This document shows, in pieces, positions 63,799-64,000 of a DNA stretch of 64,000 nt. Position 1 is the stretch's first letter; every line of letters begins with the position of its first letter. The position numbers and the translations under genes are program-made. Source of the DNA: Eubacteriales bacterium (GTDB lineage Bacteria; Bacillota; Clostridia; Oscillospirales; CAG-272); assembly GCA_045632405.1 (NCBI GenBank), contig JAZQWO010000030.1:23769-87768 (forward strand), in the 5' to 3' direction. A model generated the notes under the pieces. It had not been told where the DNA came from. It worked only from the letters and a program-made list of their open reading frames with translations, and searched no databases.

Positions 63799-64000
63799 TT
63801 AGTTAAGCTCTCCCTTTTTGATAGTTTCGATAAGTCCGCCATTTTCAATTATCTTTTGAATAAATGCAGGGAATGGCTGAGTTTTGAACTCCTTACCTGT
63901 TGTGCGGTTGTAAATTATGCCGTTATCAAGGTCTGCTTCTACTGTGTCGCCGTCGCTGATATTGGCAACTGCCTCAGGACACTCCAAAATTGCAAGACCG
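63799..64000 (-). CDS. leuD: 3-isopropylmalate dehydratase small subunit (C-terminal part; N-terminus beyond window)
   Basis: The frame is open to the right edge. C-terminus ...[46 protein letters not shown] is typical of short LeuD proteins, and the gene sits directly upstream of leuB. Confidence 0.75.
   Translation of the reverse strand, partial: GLAILECPEAVANISDGDTVEADLDNGIIYNRTTGKEFKTQPFPAFIQKIIENGGLIETIKKGELN

Noticed and set aside
1-64000. Search by eye for CRISPR arrays, rRNA, IS/transposase, integrase, phage structural genes, toxin-antitoxin pairs or known defence genes
   Set aside because: None found. There are no regularly spaced direct repeats, no DDE/serine/tyrosine recombinase motifs in any long ORF, and no att-like duplication at the tRNA-Leu.

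Overview
This is a 64-kb chromosomal window from a low-GC Gram-positive anaerobe. Gene content suggests a spore-forming Clostridia, possibly Oscillospiraceae/Ruminococcaceae-like: a GerA/SpoVAF-type gene, ecfA1A2T-truA, hprK, a CotH protein, and many lipoproteins with Ser/Thr/Asp-rich linkers. That taxonomic call is an inference from gene content only. I can support about 52 protein-coding genes and one tRNA-Leu(CAA). I also call a set of sigma-A-like promoters and rho-independent terminators read directly from the sequence. About 80% of the genes are on the minus strand. I found no rRNA, CRISPR array, transposase, integrase or prophage signature. Most of the window is housekeeping:
- a UvrD/PcrA-type helicase, cut by the left edge
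- a GlpA-like flavoprotein trio
- mini-RNase III
- a heterodimeric ABC exporter
- hprK
- a GH36 alpha-galactosidase
- gdhA
- a two-ring Clp ATPase
- the string ruvC / methyltransferase / ecfA1-ecfA2-ecfT / truA
- DUF951-yfhO-ruvA-ruvB
- a two-component system
- ychF
- leuD-leuB-(DUF815)-ilvA-ridA

The parts worth a second look:
1. Two adjacent ~900-aa paralogous lipoproteins, each built from six copies of one ~130-150-aa module (48.5-54.0 kb).
2. A tightly coupled five-gene operon: DegV/FakB, DAK2/FakA, GPH-type MFS, PlsC-like acyltransferase and a membrane-anchored alpha/beta hydrolase with a Cys nucleophile elbow (54.2-59.8 kb).
3. A translationally coupled operon: a ThyX-fold protein lacking the RHR signature, an Asn/Asp-type CDF transporter and a membrane-anchored extracytoplasmic CotH kinase (10.4-14.3 kb).
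4. A tricistron of small acidic proteins of unknown function (18.0-19.1 kb).
5. A perfect 14-bp hairpin that buries the Shine-Dalgarno of an orphan GerA/SpoVAF-like gene (43.6 kb).

All functional calls come from motifs I read by eye in the supplied translations and from remembered family signatures. No database search was run. Many ORF-track starts were trimmed to the first ATG preceded by a Shine-Dalgarno sequence.
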